From an uncultured Acidobacteriota bacterium (GTDB lineage Bacteria > Acidobacteriota > UBA6911): a stretch of DNA of 64,000 nt. Every line of letters starts with the position of its first letter. Position 1 is the first letter of the stretch. Shown here in pieces: positions 30,616-41,202 of the stretch. Below the pieces are notes generated by a model. It did no database searches and was not told the origin of the DNA. It was given only the letters and a program-made list of their open reading frames with translations. The DNA is taken from the NCBI GenBank assembly GCA_963843575.1, contig CAWJKZ010000015.1, forward strand, positions 32,001 to 96,000, read 5' to 3'. The position numbers were made by a program, and so were the translations under genes.

Positions 30616-31791
30616 TCAGCGGTCCCAGATCTTCTCGAAATCCTCGATGAACTTGCGAACTACAGGCGACCCCTGAACGAAGACGGCATTCCCGAAACTG
30701 TTCTCTTCGGCGTTTGCCGACCAGTTGTAGCTTCCCGTCAGGAGCACCCTTCCATCTATGATCATGTACTTGTTGTACATGTTACCGCTGAACGCCCCGG
30801 AAGAACGCTTGAGATTGAATCCATGAGACTCGAGGTAGCCTATCTCGCTGAACATGTCGTCCGCGCGACTGGAATCGGCAATGATGCGGATCGCCACGCC
30901 CCTGTACCTGGCTGCCACCAGGGCGTCGCGGATTTCTTCGGTGGTGAAATTGTAGATGGCGATGTCGAGGCTGGACTGAGCCTTGTCGATTTCCGAGATG
31001 ATCCTGGCGCGGACCGAGCCGTTCGGGGAGAACAGAGGAGCGATGCCGGAGAGGGCGTATCCCGGCTGCCCCACCGACACGGTGCTGAAGACCGATGACG
31101 TGTGGAAGCGCAAAGCCGAAAAGGACGCATACCCCGAGGAGAGGTCGATCTGCGCTCTCCCCGAAGACGCACCCGCAATCAGCTGGAAGAGGAATGCCGA
31201 CATCTGGTTGCCCGGAGGAAGAGAAATCGGGTACGCGCCGACCGTCTCGCCGCCGCTGTTCCTCAGCGTCAGAGTCCCGACTGCCGTGGTCGAACCGGGA
31301 TTGGCCAGGGCGACGGCCGTCGTGAACCCGCCCTCCTCGTCGGCATAGAAATCCGCCGAGGAAACCGGTAATGCTGCTGGGACTGAAGCTTCGGACATGA
31401 GGTCCGATCCTCTGAAGAGCTGGAAGACGGCGTTCCCGTTCAAGTCGACCGCCGGCGACGTGGCCACTCTGGCCCACCCGGTTGAGACTTCAGATCCCGT
31501 GCCGGAGGTCGTCAGCTTTGCGGAACCCAAGGCGAGGATAGGGAGCTGGAAGAAAGTGGAACTGTTACCCCCAACCGTCACGGTCAGCGGGACCCCGGTC
31601 TTCGAGAAGAACGAGATCGTTGCCGTGGTGGCTGTCCCGGTGGCGTTTGTCAGCAGCAGAACCGTCTTGTACCCCCCGCCGTCCGCAACGTGGGGGAACA
31701 CGACTTCCTGGGCAAAGGCGCGTGATGCTGTTGCGGAAACCACCGCCAGCGTCACTGCGATCGAGAACAAATTGACGAACCTTCGATACAT
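30616..31791 (-). CDS. Secreted protein with C-terminal phospholipase D-like (Nuc/PLDc_2) domain
   Basis: Signal peptide. N-terminal FPHVADGGGY.T.LLL.N beta domains. FSPNG, SLDIAIYNFT, YNKYMIID...TGSYNWS..A...N. Confidence 0.85.
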   Translation of the reverse strand: MYRRFVNLFSIAVTLAVVSATASRAFAQEVVFPHVADGGGYKTVLLLTNATGTATTATISFFSKTGVPLTVTVGGNSSTFFQLPILALGSAKLTTSGTGSEVSTGWARVATSPAVDLNGNAVFQLFRGSDLMSEASVPAALPVSSADFYADEEGGFTTAVALANPGSTTAVGTLTLRNSGGETVGAYPISLPPGNQMSAFLFQLIAGASSGRAQIDLSSGYASFSALRFHTSSVFSTVSVGQPGYALSGIAPLFSPNGSVRARIISEIDKAQSSLDIAIYNFTTEEIRDALVAARYRGVAIRIIADSSRADDMFSEIGYLESHGFNLKRSSGAFSGNMYNKYMIIDGRVLLTGSYNWSANAEENSFGNAVFVQGSPVVRKFIEDFEKIWDR

Positions 31792-32232
31792 GTCCTTGTG
31801 GTTCCTTTAAGAGAATGCAACTGAGGTGCGCACATCGGGCACAGTCCACAAAGAGCCTGAGTGTGCTCCAGACGATCCAAACTCGGCATCGCTTTTGGGA
31901 AATTTCGTGAACTCCCCGCCCACGTCAGCCGGTACCGAGAATCGTCGTCAGGGCGGCGCAACTTTGCTATTTCCTTTTCCGAACCCGAGAAAGCTAGTAA
32001 AAAATTATCTGACGGCTGCTGGGGGTGTCAAGGTGCATGCAAGTCCCCTCGGGACTGCGCGTGTCGGCAGGCGCGCGACTTGCCGGGTCTTCCCCGCTTA
32101 AATGAAGAAAACAGGGCCAAAAATCGCGATTAAGGGCGCTTTTCGAGGGTGTTTTAGACGTAAGTCACTGATTCAGTTGTTTTTGTGCTGGTCCGTCCCG
32201 TGTTAGTATCAGGCGATCCTGCGGAGGTTGCT

Positions 32233-33234
32233 GTGAAACGTCTCGCGACGTTTTTGCTGGCCACTTGTTGCTGTCTCGCTCAACAGAGGCAGGGAAGCCC
32301 TCTCGAGCACCTGCCTGGCAACGTGGAGGTGCTTACACATTTCGGCGAGCGCGCCGATTTCTCCCCGGACGGCACCGAGGTCGCCTTCATGGCGAAGAGT
32401 TTCGGCGACGCGTTCGTCGTAGACCTCAAGACCCGCGCAATCCGGTGCCTCACCTGCAACGTGCCGGGCGCGGCGTTCCTGCGTGTCATGCACCTCCGCA
32501 ACGGCGACTACCTGCTGATCGGCCCGGAGAAGTTCACGGACATCCAGACCAGCCGGGGGCGCGACAACGAGCTCTGGTACCTGAGCCGGGCCAGGGGCTC
32601 AAAGCCCGTGAAGCTCGCACAGAAGATGAGCGAGGGCGCCGCCGTGTCCAAGCAGTCGATGAGGATTGCCTTCTCCGTGACCAGCGGGCAGGACGCGGAA
32701 ATGCGTCCGGGTTCTTCGAAGCTCGTTGTCGCCCGGATCGACGCGGCCGGTCCGGCCATTACGGAGCGTGAGGTGCTGCTGGAGAGCCCGGACAGGGGTT
32801 GCGTGATCGAGGCGCAGGACTTCTTCGACCACGACCACTTCCTGACCTACAGCTGCTATGAACCGGAAGGCCTCGCCAGCGTGTGGACGATCAACCTCGA
32901 AACGCACCGAAGGTTGAACCATTCTGAAACGATCGGCAGCTATAACGAGGTGGAAGGAATCCTGCCGGGGGGCGAATACACCCTGGTCGAAAGCGACAGG
33001 CAGGCGGTGCTCCGGGGCAAAACGGAACTCTTTCGCGACATCGACATCTGGAAGCTGAAGCTCGACGGCTCCGGCAAGGATTTCACGCGGCTCACGTTTT
33101 TCAACGACTACGTCGGGGGCAAAGCGTCAAACCCGGTCGCGTCTGCCGACGGCAGGTACATGGCGTTCCAACTCGCCAACACATCCGATGAAGCCGGCGT
33201 CGGGTACGGGATCCTGCTGTACCGGTTCAAGTGA
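32233..33234 (+). CDS. Secreted TolB/WD40-like beta-propeller hypothetical protein
   Basis: GTG start after GGAGG. GERADFSPDG and NPVASADGRYMAF repeats. Confidence 0.7.
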   Translation: MKRLATFLLATCCCLAQQRQGSPLEHLPGNVEVLTHFGERADFSPDGTEVAFMAKSFGDAFVVDLKTRAIRCLTCNVPGAAFLRVMHLRNGDYLLIGPEKFTDIQTSRGRDNELWYLSRARGSKPVKLAQKMSEGAAVSKQSMRIAFSVTSGQDAEMRPGSSKLVVARIDAAGPAITEREVLLESPDRGCVIEAQDFFDHDHFLTYSCYEPEGLASVWTINLETHRRLNHSETIGSYNEVEGILPGGEYTLVESDRQAVLRGKTELFRDIDIWKLKLDGSGKDFTRLTFFNDYVGGKASNPVASADGRYMAFQLANTSDEAGVGYGILLYRFK

Positions 33235-33264
33235 ACCCCGGCGTGTGGTGACTCGAGGCACGAA

Positions 33265-34125
33265 ATGCGCTCATTCTGTTTGCTGGTGTTCTGTGCATCC
33301 CTCGCCTGGACACAGGAGAGGCCGATCGATCCGACTTTTCTGCACCGGTTCGTGCCCAGCCTGGCCCAGCGGGTGTCCGATGTGACCACTGCCGGGTGCG
33401 GATACACGCCGATCTTTGGCGCGGGCGACCCGGACGAAAAACTGCTTAAAGGAATTGCCCGCTTCGGCGAGATGGTCGTGCAACCCGGCGGCGCCAGCGC
33501 CAAGGTAAGCCGCCCGGACGAGGAGCAGGTCTATGTCGTTCTCGAGGGGGGCGGAGAACTGCTCTACGGGGCGGAGCGCCAGGCCATCCACAAGAACGAC
33601 TATTTCTATGTTTCCCCGGCCACGCCGCACGCGTTCAACAACACGACCGGTTCTCCCTGCCGTATCCTCGCCATGGGTTTTCGCGTGCCGCGCGACGGGC
33701 GGGCGTCCGCCCCGCCGCGCCTGCTCATCGCCAACGTCGGAGACGTGAAGAAGGAGACCGTCTCCGGACATCCGCCGTCGACCCTGTATCAGTTGCTGAT
33801 GGGAGATACGCGCAGCACCCGGGACAGGCTCGCGGCCGCGCAGATCCTGACCAGCCTGTTTACCATGGAGTTCGCCGCCGGCGGGACGAATCACCCGCAT
33901 CATCACGAAACCGAGGAGGAGATCTATCTCGTCCTGGACGGCCACGGTGAAATGGTTGCGGGCAGCGGCGCCGACGGCATCGAAGGTCGTTACCCTGCAA
34001 AGGTGGGGGACGCGTATTTCTTCCGCCTGAACTGCACGGTCGGGTTTTACGCGGGAAACAAGGAAGGCGAGCCCAGGGCCCGGATCCTCGCCGCCCGTTC
34101 CCTGTTCCCGTTCAGGGCCCGGTGA
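33265..34125 (+). CDS. Secreted bicupin protein
   Basis: EEQVYVVLEGGG and HPHHHETEEEIYLVLDGHG cupin motifs. Confidence 0.82.
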   Translation: MRSFCLLVFCASLAWTQERPIDPTFLHRFVPSLAQRVSDVTTAGCGYTPIFGAGDPDEKLLKGIARFGEMVVQPGGASAKVSRPDEEQVYVVLEGGGELLYGAERQAIHKNDYFYVSPATPHAFNNTTGSPCRILAMGFRVPRDGRASAPPRLLIANVGDVKKETVSGHPPSTLYQLLMGDTRSTRDRLAAAQILTSLFTMEFAAGGTNHPHHHETEEEIYLVLDGHGEMVAGSGADGIEGRYPAKVGDAYFFRLNCTVGFYAGNKEGEPRARILAARSLFPFRAR

Positions 34126-34148
34126 CCCAATCCCCGAAGGAGGAATGC

Positions 34149-35501
34149 ATGACTGCGAAAATCAGCAGGCGGAAGTGGCTCCACACGTCGGCAGGGATCG
34201 CCGGTCTCGGCGCGGGTCTGGCCGCCCCGGAAGTGACTCCACAGCCCCAGCGTGAGATCAACAGGTTGTCCGCGCCCAGCGGCTTGAAGATCACGGACAT
34301 GCGCGCATGCACCGTGGCGGCCAACTACGATTACCCGATCATCCGGATCGACACCAACGAGGGAGTGTACGGACTGGGTGAGGTGCGGGATGCGGGTGTA
34401 AAGGGGATTGCGCTGATCCTCAAGGCGCATGTCATGGGGAAAAACCCGCTCGAGATGGAATCGATCCTGGCAAACCTGCGCCAGTTCGCAGCGCACGGCC
34501 GGATGGGCGGAGGCTACAGCGCCGTCGACATGGCGCTTCACGACATCGCCGGCAAGGTCTATGGGGTTCCGGCCTGGCGCCTGGGAGGAACGAAGTACCG
34601 CGACCGGATCCGGGTTTACTGCGATACGACGGGGCACAAAGACCCGAAGGTCTACGGCGAGCGGATGCTGAAGCGAAAGAAACTGGGCTTCACCTTCTTC
34701 AAGATGGACCTCTACACGAGCCTCGTGGCGGATCGTCCGGGAGCCGTACACGAGAACGGCGCCGCGACCGACAAAGGGCTCAAGTACCTTTGCGAGCACA
34801 TCGAGGCCGTCCGCGAGGCCATCGGATGGGATGCTCCGCTCGGGGCCGATCACTTCGGCAGGCTTTCGGTCAAGGACAGCGTTCGCTATGCCCGGGCGTT
34901 CGAGCCGTATCAACTGGCCTGGGCCGAAGACTTCATTGCCTGGAACGACTGGCGCGGGTTCAAGACCATCACGGAGTCCACGACCACGCCGATCCTGACC
35001 GGAGAAGACATCTTCGGATACGAGGACGGTTTCCAGGACCTCATCGAAAACCGCGCCGTCGACCTCATCCAGCCCGATCCGGAGACATCGGGGGGGATCG
35101 CCGAGACCCGGCGCATCGCGGAGATGGCTGGTCTCAAGGGCATTCCGACCGTGCTCCACTTCGCGGGTTCGCCCGTAGGCTGCATGGCTTCGGTTCACCT
35201 CGCGGCGACGATCAAGAACTTCGTCGTGATGGAAAATCATGCCGTGGACATGCCCTGGTGGCAGGACCTTGTGACCGGCACGCCGAAACCGATCGTCCAG
35301 GACGGGTACATCCGGGTGCCCGATACGCCGGGGCTCGGAGTCGAGCTGAACGAAGCGGTGATCAAGGAGCACCTCAGGTACCCGGGGTATTTCGAGCCAA
35401 CCCCGTTTTTCGACGACTTCATCGTTTCCGGCTTTCGCAGGGTGGGGCCCTGGCCTCACTACGACGAGGACGGCAACTACGGGAACAAAGTCACCTACTG
35501 A
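34149..35501 (+). CDS. Mandelate racemase / muconate lactonizing enzyme family (Tat signal)
   Basis: SRRKWL Tat motif, SAVDMALHDIAGK, KMD, DH, WAED, TGE, ENH, PGLGVELN. Confidence 0.92.
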   Translation: MTAKISRRKWLHTSAGIAGLGAGLAAPEVTPQPQREINRLSAPSGLKITDMRACTVAANYDYPIIRIDTNEGVYGLGEVRDAGVKGIALILKAHVMGKNPLEMESILANLRQFAAHGRMGGGYSAVDMALHDIAGKVYGVPAWRLGGTKYRDRIRVYCDTTGHKDPKVYGERMLKRKKLGFTFFKMDLYTSLVADRPGAVHENGAATDKGLKYLCEHIEAVREAIGWDAPLGADHFGRLSVKDSVRYARAFEPYQLAWAEDFIAWNDWRGFKTITESTTTPILTGEDIFGYEDGFQDLIENRAVDLIQPDPETSGGIAETRRIAEMAGLKGIPTVLHFAGSPVGCMASVHLAATIKNFVVMENHAVDMPWWQDLVTGTPKPIVQDGYIRVPDTPGLGVELNEAVIKEHLRYPGYFEPTPFFDDFIVSGFRRVGPWPHYDEDGNYGNKVTY

Positions 35502-35623
35502 TCCGGAACGCCCCGGGTTGCTGAGACTTGATCTGTGCGTGTGGGTGCACGCGAATTGACGCGGATCCGCGTGAATCGATTAAATCGGCGGAAATCCGTG
35601 TTCTGCTTTTGTCTTTCTTGGCC

Positions 35624-36871
35624 CTAATCGAGGCTCCACAGCGCCAGGGTGTCGGAGTCCTTGACGAGTATCGTCCGGCCGACCACGACGGGATGGGCCC
35701 AGGTCGGGCTCCGGGCGACCGTGTAGCGGCGCATCGGTTCGAGTCGCGCCGGGGAAACGCGCGCTACCGTGAGTTCGGCCGAATCGCTCAGGAGCAGGAC
35801 CGTGTCGCCGAGCAGGACCACCGCTGCGTATTCGGCTGCGCGGCCGTCCCCCGTCCAGCCTACCTTTCCCGTGCGCACGTCGAGGGACACGAACTGGCCG
35901 CGTTTCCTGTGCGAGAGGCCGATCAGGGAGTCGCCGTGCAGGACGGGCGTGCTCATGTAGAACGACACCTCCCGATTTTCCCAGGCTCTCTCGGCCGTCC
36001 AGAGGGGCGAGGCACGCCTCACTCTGAGCGCGAGAACGCCCTGTTCGAGGCCGGAGAAGATGAGAAGACCGTCGTGGTGGAGAGGCGTCACCGCGTTCTG
36101 ATCCCAAGGGGTCGAATAGGGCAGTTTCCACAGGAGGGTGCCGTCGGCGGCTGCAACGCCGACGAGGTGCTTCTGGGATTGTGTCACCAGCTGGCGCACC
36201 CCCTCGATTTCGACGACGATGGGGGAAGCATAGGCGGGCCCGTCGCCCTTCCATGACCAGCGCGGGCGGCCTGTTTCCGCGTCGTAAGACACAAGGGCCC
36301 CGCTGTCTTGCCCGCCGACGTGCGCGATGACGGCGGCACCGTCGACGAGCGGCGACATCGCGGTCCCGTAGAGCGGGGAAGACGATTTGAACGTCGCTCC
36401 GGTTTCCCTGCGCCAGCGCACGCGGCCGCTCATGGCGTCGTAGCACGTGAGTGTGCCCGCAATCCCCAGCGTATAGAGCTTTCCACCGGAAAGCGCTGGG
36501 GTCGATTTGGGGCCTTTCCCGTGGGCGGTGGCGGCCGGGTTCATCGTGTACGGAGCCGGGTAGCGATCGGTCCACAGGATTCGCCCGGAGGTCAGGTCGA
36601 GGCTGGTCACCACTTCCTGTCCCCCCTGACGGGTGTGCAGGTACGCGCGGCCGCCGCCGACGACCGGGGAGGAATGGCCCGATCCCACCTGGATCTGCCA
36701 CCTCTTTCGCAGTTGCTCCGGCCAGCTTGCGGGGGCGCTGGGCGCAGCCACCACGCCATCGCGGCCAGGCCCGCGCCATTGCGGCCAATCCTGTGCGGGG
36801 CATTCCGGGAATGCCAGGACAGCCAGCCACAGGATCGTACAACTGAGCCGAAGCGTCTGTTTTCTATCCAT
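35624..36871 (-). CDS. PQQ-binding-like beta-propeller (BamB-like) protein
   Basis: DWPQWRGPGRDG, GHSSPVV, GPKSTP, YASP, TWAHPVV. Confidence 0.9.
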   Translation of the reverse strand: MDRKQTLRLSCTILWLAVLAFPECPAQDWPQWRGPGRDGVVAAPSAPASWPEQLRKRWQIQVGSGHSSPVVGGGRAYLHTRQGGQEVVTSLDLTSGRILWTDRYPAPYTMNPAATAHGKGPKSTPALSGGKLYTLGIAGTLTCYDAMSGRVRWRRETGATFKSSSPLYGTAMSPLVDGAAVIAHVGGQDSGALVSYDAETGRPRWSWKGDGPAYASPIVVEIEGVRQLVTQSQKHLVGVAAADGTLLWKLPYSTPWDQNAVTPLHHDGLLIFSGLEQGVLALRVRRASPLWTAERAWENREVSFYMSTPVLHGDSLIGLSHRKRGQFVSLDVRTGKVGWTGDGRAAEYAAVVLLGDTVLLLSDSAELTVARVSPARLEPMRRYTVARSPTWAHPVVVGRTILVKDSDTLALWSLD

Positions 36872-36986
36872 CCGGAGACTCCTTTTTCCCGGGCCTTCCC
36901 ACGACACCTTTGTTACCCCCGGTGGCCCGTGAGAGAACTCGAGAATGGGAGTAAACCATGATAATAAGGACTTTATGCTCCAGTAG

Positions 36987-37133
36987 GTCCGGGCTTCAGA
37001 GGCTGTCCAGCGGTCGATTGTGGAGTGCGGCGGCTCGACGCCGCTTTGGTGGCGGCGCCTAGGCGCCGCACTCCAGATTACTTCAGTTCGTCCGGATTGA
37101 AGGTCAACCGTTGGACAGCATCTGAAGCCCGGA
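36987..37133. repeat. Composite palindromic element (REPIN/MITE-like)
   Basis: GTCCGGGCTTCAGAGGCTGTCCA ... TGGACAGCATCTGAAGCCCGGAC inverted ends enclose a TGGAGTGCGGC...GCCGCACTCCA hairpin. Confidence 0.75.
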
Positions 37134-37219
37134 CCCACCTACTTGTCCTGTGTATGTTCGGGAAACAGGGCCGCGGCGGGGCCGCCGCGGCCCACTTCAC
37201 TCGTGGTGCGCTCCTAGCA

Positions 37220-37921
37220 TTAGCGCTTCGCCGGCTCTGTCGAGCCAAGCCAGCGGTACACGACCCCTGCGATGACGGCACCGATGAGCGGAGCGAGCCA
37301 GAAGAGCCACAACTGCGACAGGGCTTCGCCGCCGACGATCAACGCCGGTCCGGTGCTCCTGGCAGGGTTTACCGAGGTGTTTGTGACCGGGATGCTTATA
37401 AGGTGAATCAGGGTCAGACCAAGTCCGATGGCGATGGGGGCAAAGCCCTTCGGTGCACGCTCCTCCGTGGCGCCCAGAATGATCATCAAAAACATGAAGG
37501 TCATGACCACTTCGGTGGCGAACCCGGCGGCGAGCGAGTACCCGCCCGGAGAACGCCCGGCGTACCCGTTGGACGCGAGGCCGCCGCTCAGGTCGAAGCC
37601 CGCCTTGCCGCTCGCAATGAAATAGAGCAGCCCAGCGGCGACTATGGCCCCGAGAACCTGGGACAGCACATACGGGATGAGTTCGGAAGCCTTGAAGCGC
37701 CCGCCCGCCCAGAGACCGACAGACACTGCCGGGTTCAAGTGGCAGCCTGAAATGTGCCCGATCGCGTAGGCCATCGTAAGGACGGTCAATCCGAAAGCCA
37801 GGGCCACACCCAGCAGCCCGATTCCGACGTTCGGGAATGCCGCCGCAAGGACGGCGCTCCCGCAACCGCCGAGCACCAGCCAGAACGTCCCGATGAACTC
37901 CGCTGCGACTTTCTTCGTCAT
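37220..37921 (-). CDS. aqpZ: Aquaporin Z
   Basis: [37 protein letters not shown] (two NPA motifs). Confidence 0.97.
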   Translation of the reverse strand: MTKKVAAEFIGTFWLVLGGCGSAVLAAAFPNVGIGLLGVALAFGLTVLTMAYAIGHISGCHLNPAVSVGLWAGGRFKASELIPYVLSQVLGAIVAAGLLYFIASGKAGFDLSGGLASNGYAGRSPGGYSLAAGFATEVVMTFMFLMIILGATEERAPKGFAPIAIGLGLTLIHLISIPVTNTSVNPARSTGPALIVGGEALSQLWLFWLAPLIGAVIAGVVYRWLGSTEPAKR

Positions 37922-38416
37922 TGTGCAACCCTCCTTCTCATGATTCCGGGCAAGAGGATCCCGCGTTGGTCAACTGCGGTTCGCGACGACATTTCTCCGG
38001 CAGCGCCGCACCAATTCTTCGAAAGCGCCCGTGTGTCAACCTCAAGCGCCGGCCGCGCGTTCCGCACCAGATCCTCGTCCGGTCAGATCAGTTCACGGCA
38101 TCTCCAGACAGACACGGATGGTCACATTTTCACACTTGCGGATTGCGGCTCCGATGCTACACCATGGGCTTCCCCCCCCACAACAGCTGGCTCCCCTGGC
38201 TCTGCGATTCAGACACTGGGAGCCGCCCGTTGGGTCCCGGCTCAGGTTTTGGCAGGTCCGGCTGGTGAGTTTTTCATCACAGGAGCGACTTGTCCTCTTT
38301 GGGAAATCGAAAGGACACGGCTTCTTGTGATGTTGACGGACACCTCGGCGAGATCCTGGGGTTCGTATCGGCGGGAAAAGTTGGCGGAGTTTCCTTGCGG
38401 ATAATTACGAGAGCAA

Positions 38417-38726
38417 TCAAGGTGCCCGGACAAGTTTGAGCTCTTGTTCGAGATCTCGTCTGAGCCTTCTGATCTTTTCGAGGATTTTCGTGCCGGCGTC
38501 TGCCGAGAGCGTCGGCAGAAGCTCGGTATGCTCCGCAGGGGTGAACAGAGCAAAGCGATTGCGGATCACGTACGGATACGCATGAAAACTGTGAACTCCG
38601 TGCAGTCGCATGGACAGATTGCTCGCCACGTACATCCATAGCGGCACCTCTTCCTTCTCGCGTGGCGAAGGATAGGTTTCGGCCAGCTTCCCCAGCACCT
38701 TCTTCGCTCCGATGTAACGGAAGAAC
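38417..38726 (-). pseudogene. Transposase remnant: N-terminal segment fused to a probable C-terminal tail
   Basis: 38561-38726 matches 41546-41711 (166 bp, 4 mismatches). It continues as NRFALFTPAEHTELL...RRDLEQELKLVRAP* toward the TIR. Confidence 0.7.
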
Positions 38727-38974
38727 GCTCCACTGGATTCCGAAGCCATATCGGGTTTTCGCGGACCACGACTTGCAAAAACCAGTCGAGCCTGCCGTGT
38801 TATAGTGGCGCGTGTTTCCTGCCGCAATTCCCCGGTGACAGGAGCATGCGATTGTTTTACCTCTTTGGTTTCGGGTTCATAAATTCGATCCGGCATGGCA
38901 CTGCGGCTTGTGTGATGCGCCGGCGCCGAATCCTCAGGTTCTATGTTAGATAGCGCAGGCACGGGAGCAACTCG

Positions 38975-41161
38975 ATGTACTGCATACACTGTGGCTCGGA
39001 AAATCCCGACGTAGGAAATTTCTGCTCCAAATGCGGAAAGACCATGACCTCCACGCCGAGCCGAGCGCAAGGCGCCTCGGCCATGGATTTTGCCGAAACC
39101 GAGCTGGGTCTCTCTGCCGGGTATACCCTTGCGGGCCGCTACCGTATCGCGAGGGAGATCGGCAGCGGTGGGATGGGGCGGGTGTACCTCGGCCAGGATG
39201 GAAAGCTGAACAATATGCCGGTGGCCATTAAGGTTTTGCGAGACATGCTTAGCCGCGACGGCGGCTCGGTAAAGCGGCTCATCGTCGAAGCGCAACTTTC
39301 CATGCAGCTTTCTCACCCGAACGTCATCCGGGTGCACAATTTCGAAGATGATGGATTCACGAAGTTTCTGGTGATGGAGTATGTCGAGGGGGAGACGCTC
39401 AAGGATCGGATCGATCGCGAGAGCCGGCTTGCGGAGAGCGAGACGCGGCGCCTGGGAGCTGAAATCTGCAAGGGACTCGAGCACGCGCACGCGAAGAAAG
39501 TGATCCACCGCGATTTGAAACCAGGCAACATCCTGCTTGGGAAAGACGGTTCGGTGAAAATCGCGGACTTCGGAATTGCGCGGGTCTGCCGGGACTCGAT
39601 GTCACGGCTGACTTCACAGATGGATTCCGGGACGCTGCTGTACATGTCGCCGGAGCAGCTGGACGGGGAGAGTACGGAGGCGAGCGACGTGTATTCGCTG
39701 GGGGTTGTGCTGTATGAAATGCTAAGCGGGGATCCGCCCTTTCGAACCGGTGACATAGCCGGTCAGATCCGCACGAAGCAGCCAAAGTCGTTGGAGAATG
39801 TATCCGAGGAATTCAATACCCTGGTATCACGCTGTCTTGCGAAAAATGCGGCAGACCGTTTTACGAATGTCCGTGACCTGATGGAAGAACTTTCGGGGAG
39901 AGGCGAAGAGCGGCGAAAGGAGGCCGCCCGGCTTGCCGCCAAAATCGATGAGTTCAAGCGTCGAGGCACTCGGGCCTTCGATGACGGCAACTACTCTGAA
40001 GCGATTACGCAGTGGGCGGCTGCACTGGCACTAAAGCCGGAAGACCGGACATTAAACGAAGCCATCGATCGGGCGCGAAGAAAGAAAGTCGATGCAGAAA
40101 GAGCGGAAGCCGAGAGCCGGCGGGTCGAAGCTGAAAAAGTTGCCACGCTCCAAGAGCTGGAGAATGAACGTCAGCAGCGGCTCGTGGCAGCCAAGGACCA
40201 AGGCGAAACAGCCTTTCAGCAGGGGCAGTATGAGGCGGCAATCCAGCACTGGAATGCGGCGCTGGAGATTTCTCCGGGCAATACATGGATCAGCGAGGCG
40301 ATTGAGCGAGCCGCTGGTCGATTAGCGCAGCAGCAGGAGGCGCCACGCCGCTCATCTCCGGCGCCAATACCGACTAAGGGCGGTGTTGGCAATCAGATTA
40401 TCTTTGTCGCCCTGGGTGTACTACTAACCGTCGCTGTTGTCTGGATTTACCAGAACGCGACCCGGGATAGCGCTGCGGTCAAATCGCCGAGCGGCACCAA
40501 CAGCCTTGGTATGGTCTTTGTTCAGATTCCGGCGGGCTCGTTTGAAATGGGTTCGAATTCTGGTGATTCGGATGAGAAGCCGGTCCATCGGGTAACGATA
40601 AGCCGGGACTTTCAGATGCAGGCAACGGAGGTAACGCAGGGGCAGTGGGAATCGGTGATGGGAAGCAACCCAAGTAATTTCAAGAACTGCGGGAAGGATT
40701 GCCCTGTGGAGAGCGTGAGCTGGAATGAGGTCAAGGAATACATACGGAGGCTGAACGGGCGCAATGACGGGTGGGAGTATCGGTTGCCGACGGAGGCAGA
40801 ATGGGAGTATGCCTGCCGGGCGGGGACGACGGGGGATTATGCAGGGAATCTGGACAGCATGGGATGGTATGGTCCTAATTCGGGGAACACTACCCATCCA
40901 GTGGGGAAGAAAGAGAAGAACCGCTGGGGTTTGTATGACACGCACGGGAATGTATGGGAATGGGTAGAGGATTGGTACGGTCCTTATACTTCAGGGTCGG
41001 CTACTGATCCCAAGGGGCCATCCTCAGGCTCGGGCCGGGTGGACCGCGGCGGCAGCTGGTACGGCGTCGCCGGGGGCTGCCGGTCGGCCGATCGTAGCTA
41101 CGACTCGCCCGGCGACCGCAACGGCAGCCTCGGCTTCCGCCTTGTGGGGACGGCCCGCTGA
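38975..41161 (+). CDS. Zn-ribbon - Ser/Thr kinase - TPR - TM - FGE-sulfatase (CLec-fold) protein; putative DGR target
   Basis: CIHCG..FCSKCG; IGSGGMGRVY, VAIK, HRDLKPGN, DFG, YMSPE; TPR-like helices; TM IIFVALGVLLTVAVVWIY; RLPTEAEWEYACRAG; C-terminal RVDRGGSW...CRSA.R....P..R...LGFRL. Confidence 0.93.
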   Translation: MYCIHCGSENPDVGNFCSKCGKTMTSTPSRAQGASAMDFAETELGLSAGYTLAGRYRIAREIGSGGMGRVYLGQDGKLNNMPVAIKVLRDMLSRDGGSVKRLIVEAQLSMQLSHPNVIRVHNFEDDGFTKFLVMEYVEGETLKDRIDRESRLAESETRRLGAEICKGLEHAHAKKVIHRDLKPGNILLGKDGSVKIADFGIARVCRDSMSRLTSQMDSGTLLYMSPEQLDGESTEASDVYSLGVVLYEMLSGDPPFRTGDIAGQIRTKQPKSLENVSEEFNTLVSRCLAKNAADRFTNVRDLMEELSGRGEERRKEAARLAAKIDEFKRRGTRAFDDGNYSEAITQWAAALALKPEDRTLNEAIDRARRKKVDAERAEAESRRVEAEKVATLQELENERQQRLVAAKDQGETAFQQGQYEAAIQHWNAALEISPGNTWISEAIERAAGRLAQQQEAPRRSSPAPIPTKGGVGNQIIFVALGVLLTVAVVWIYQNATRDSAAVKSPSGTNSLGMVFVQIPAGSFEMGSNSGDSDEKPVHRVTISRDFQMQATEVTQGQWESVMGSNPSNFKNCGKDCPVESVSWNEVKEYIRRLNGRNDGWEYRLPTEAEWEYACRAGTTGDYAGNLDSMGWYGPNSGNTTHPVGKKEKNRWGLYDTHGNVWEWVEDWYGPYTSGSATDPKGPSSGSGRVDRGGSWYGVAGGCRSADRSYDSPGDRNGSLGFRLVGTAR
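41027..41150 (+). other. Putative DGR variable region (VR) and IMH
   Basis: All 14 codons at positions that are Asn in typical FGE-type template repeats are NNC/NNT (GGC, GAC, TAC, GGC, GTC, GGC, GAT, AGC, TAC, GAC, GAC, AAC, GGC, AGC). Local shift to very high GC. Confidence 0.75.
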
Positions 41162-41202
41162 CGCTTTGCTCTTTTACCCTTTTACCCTTGGCATTTTCAA
41201 GG

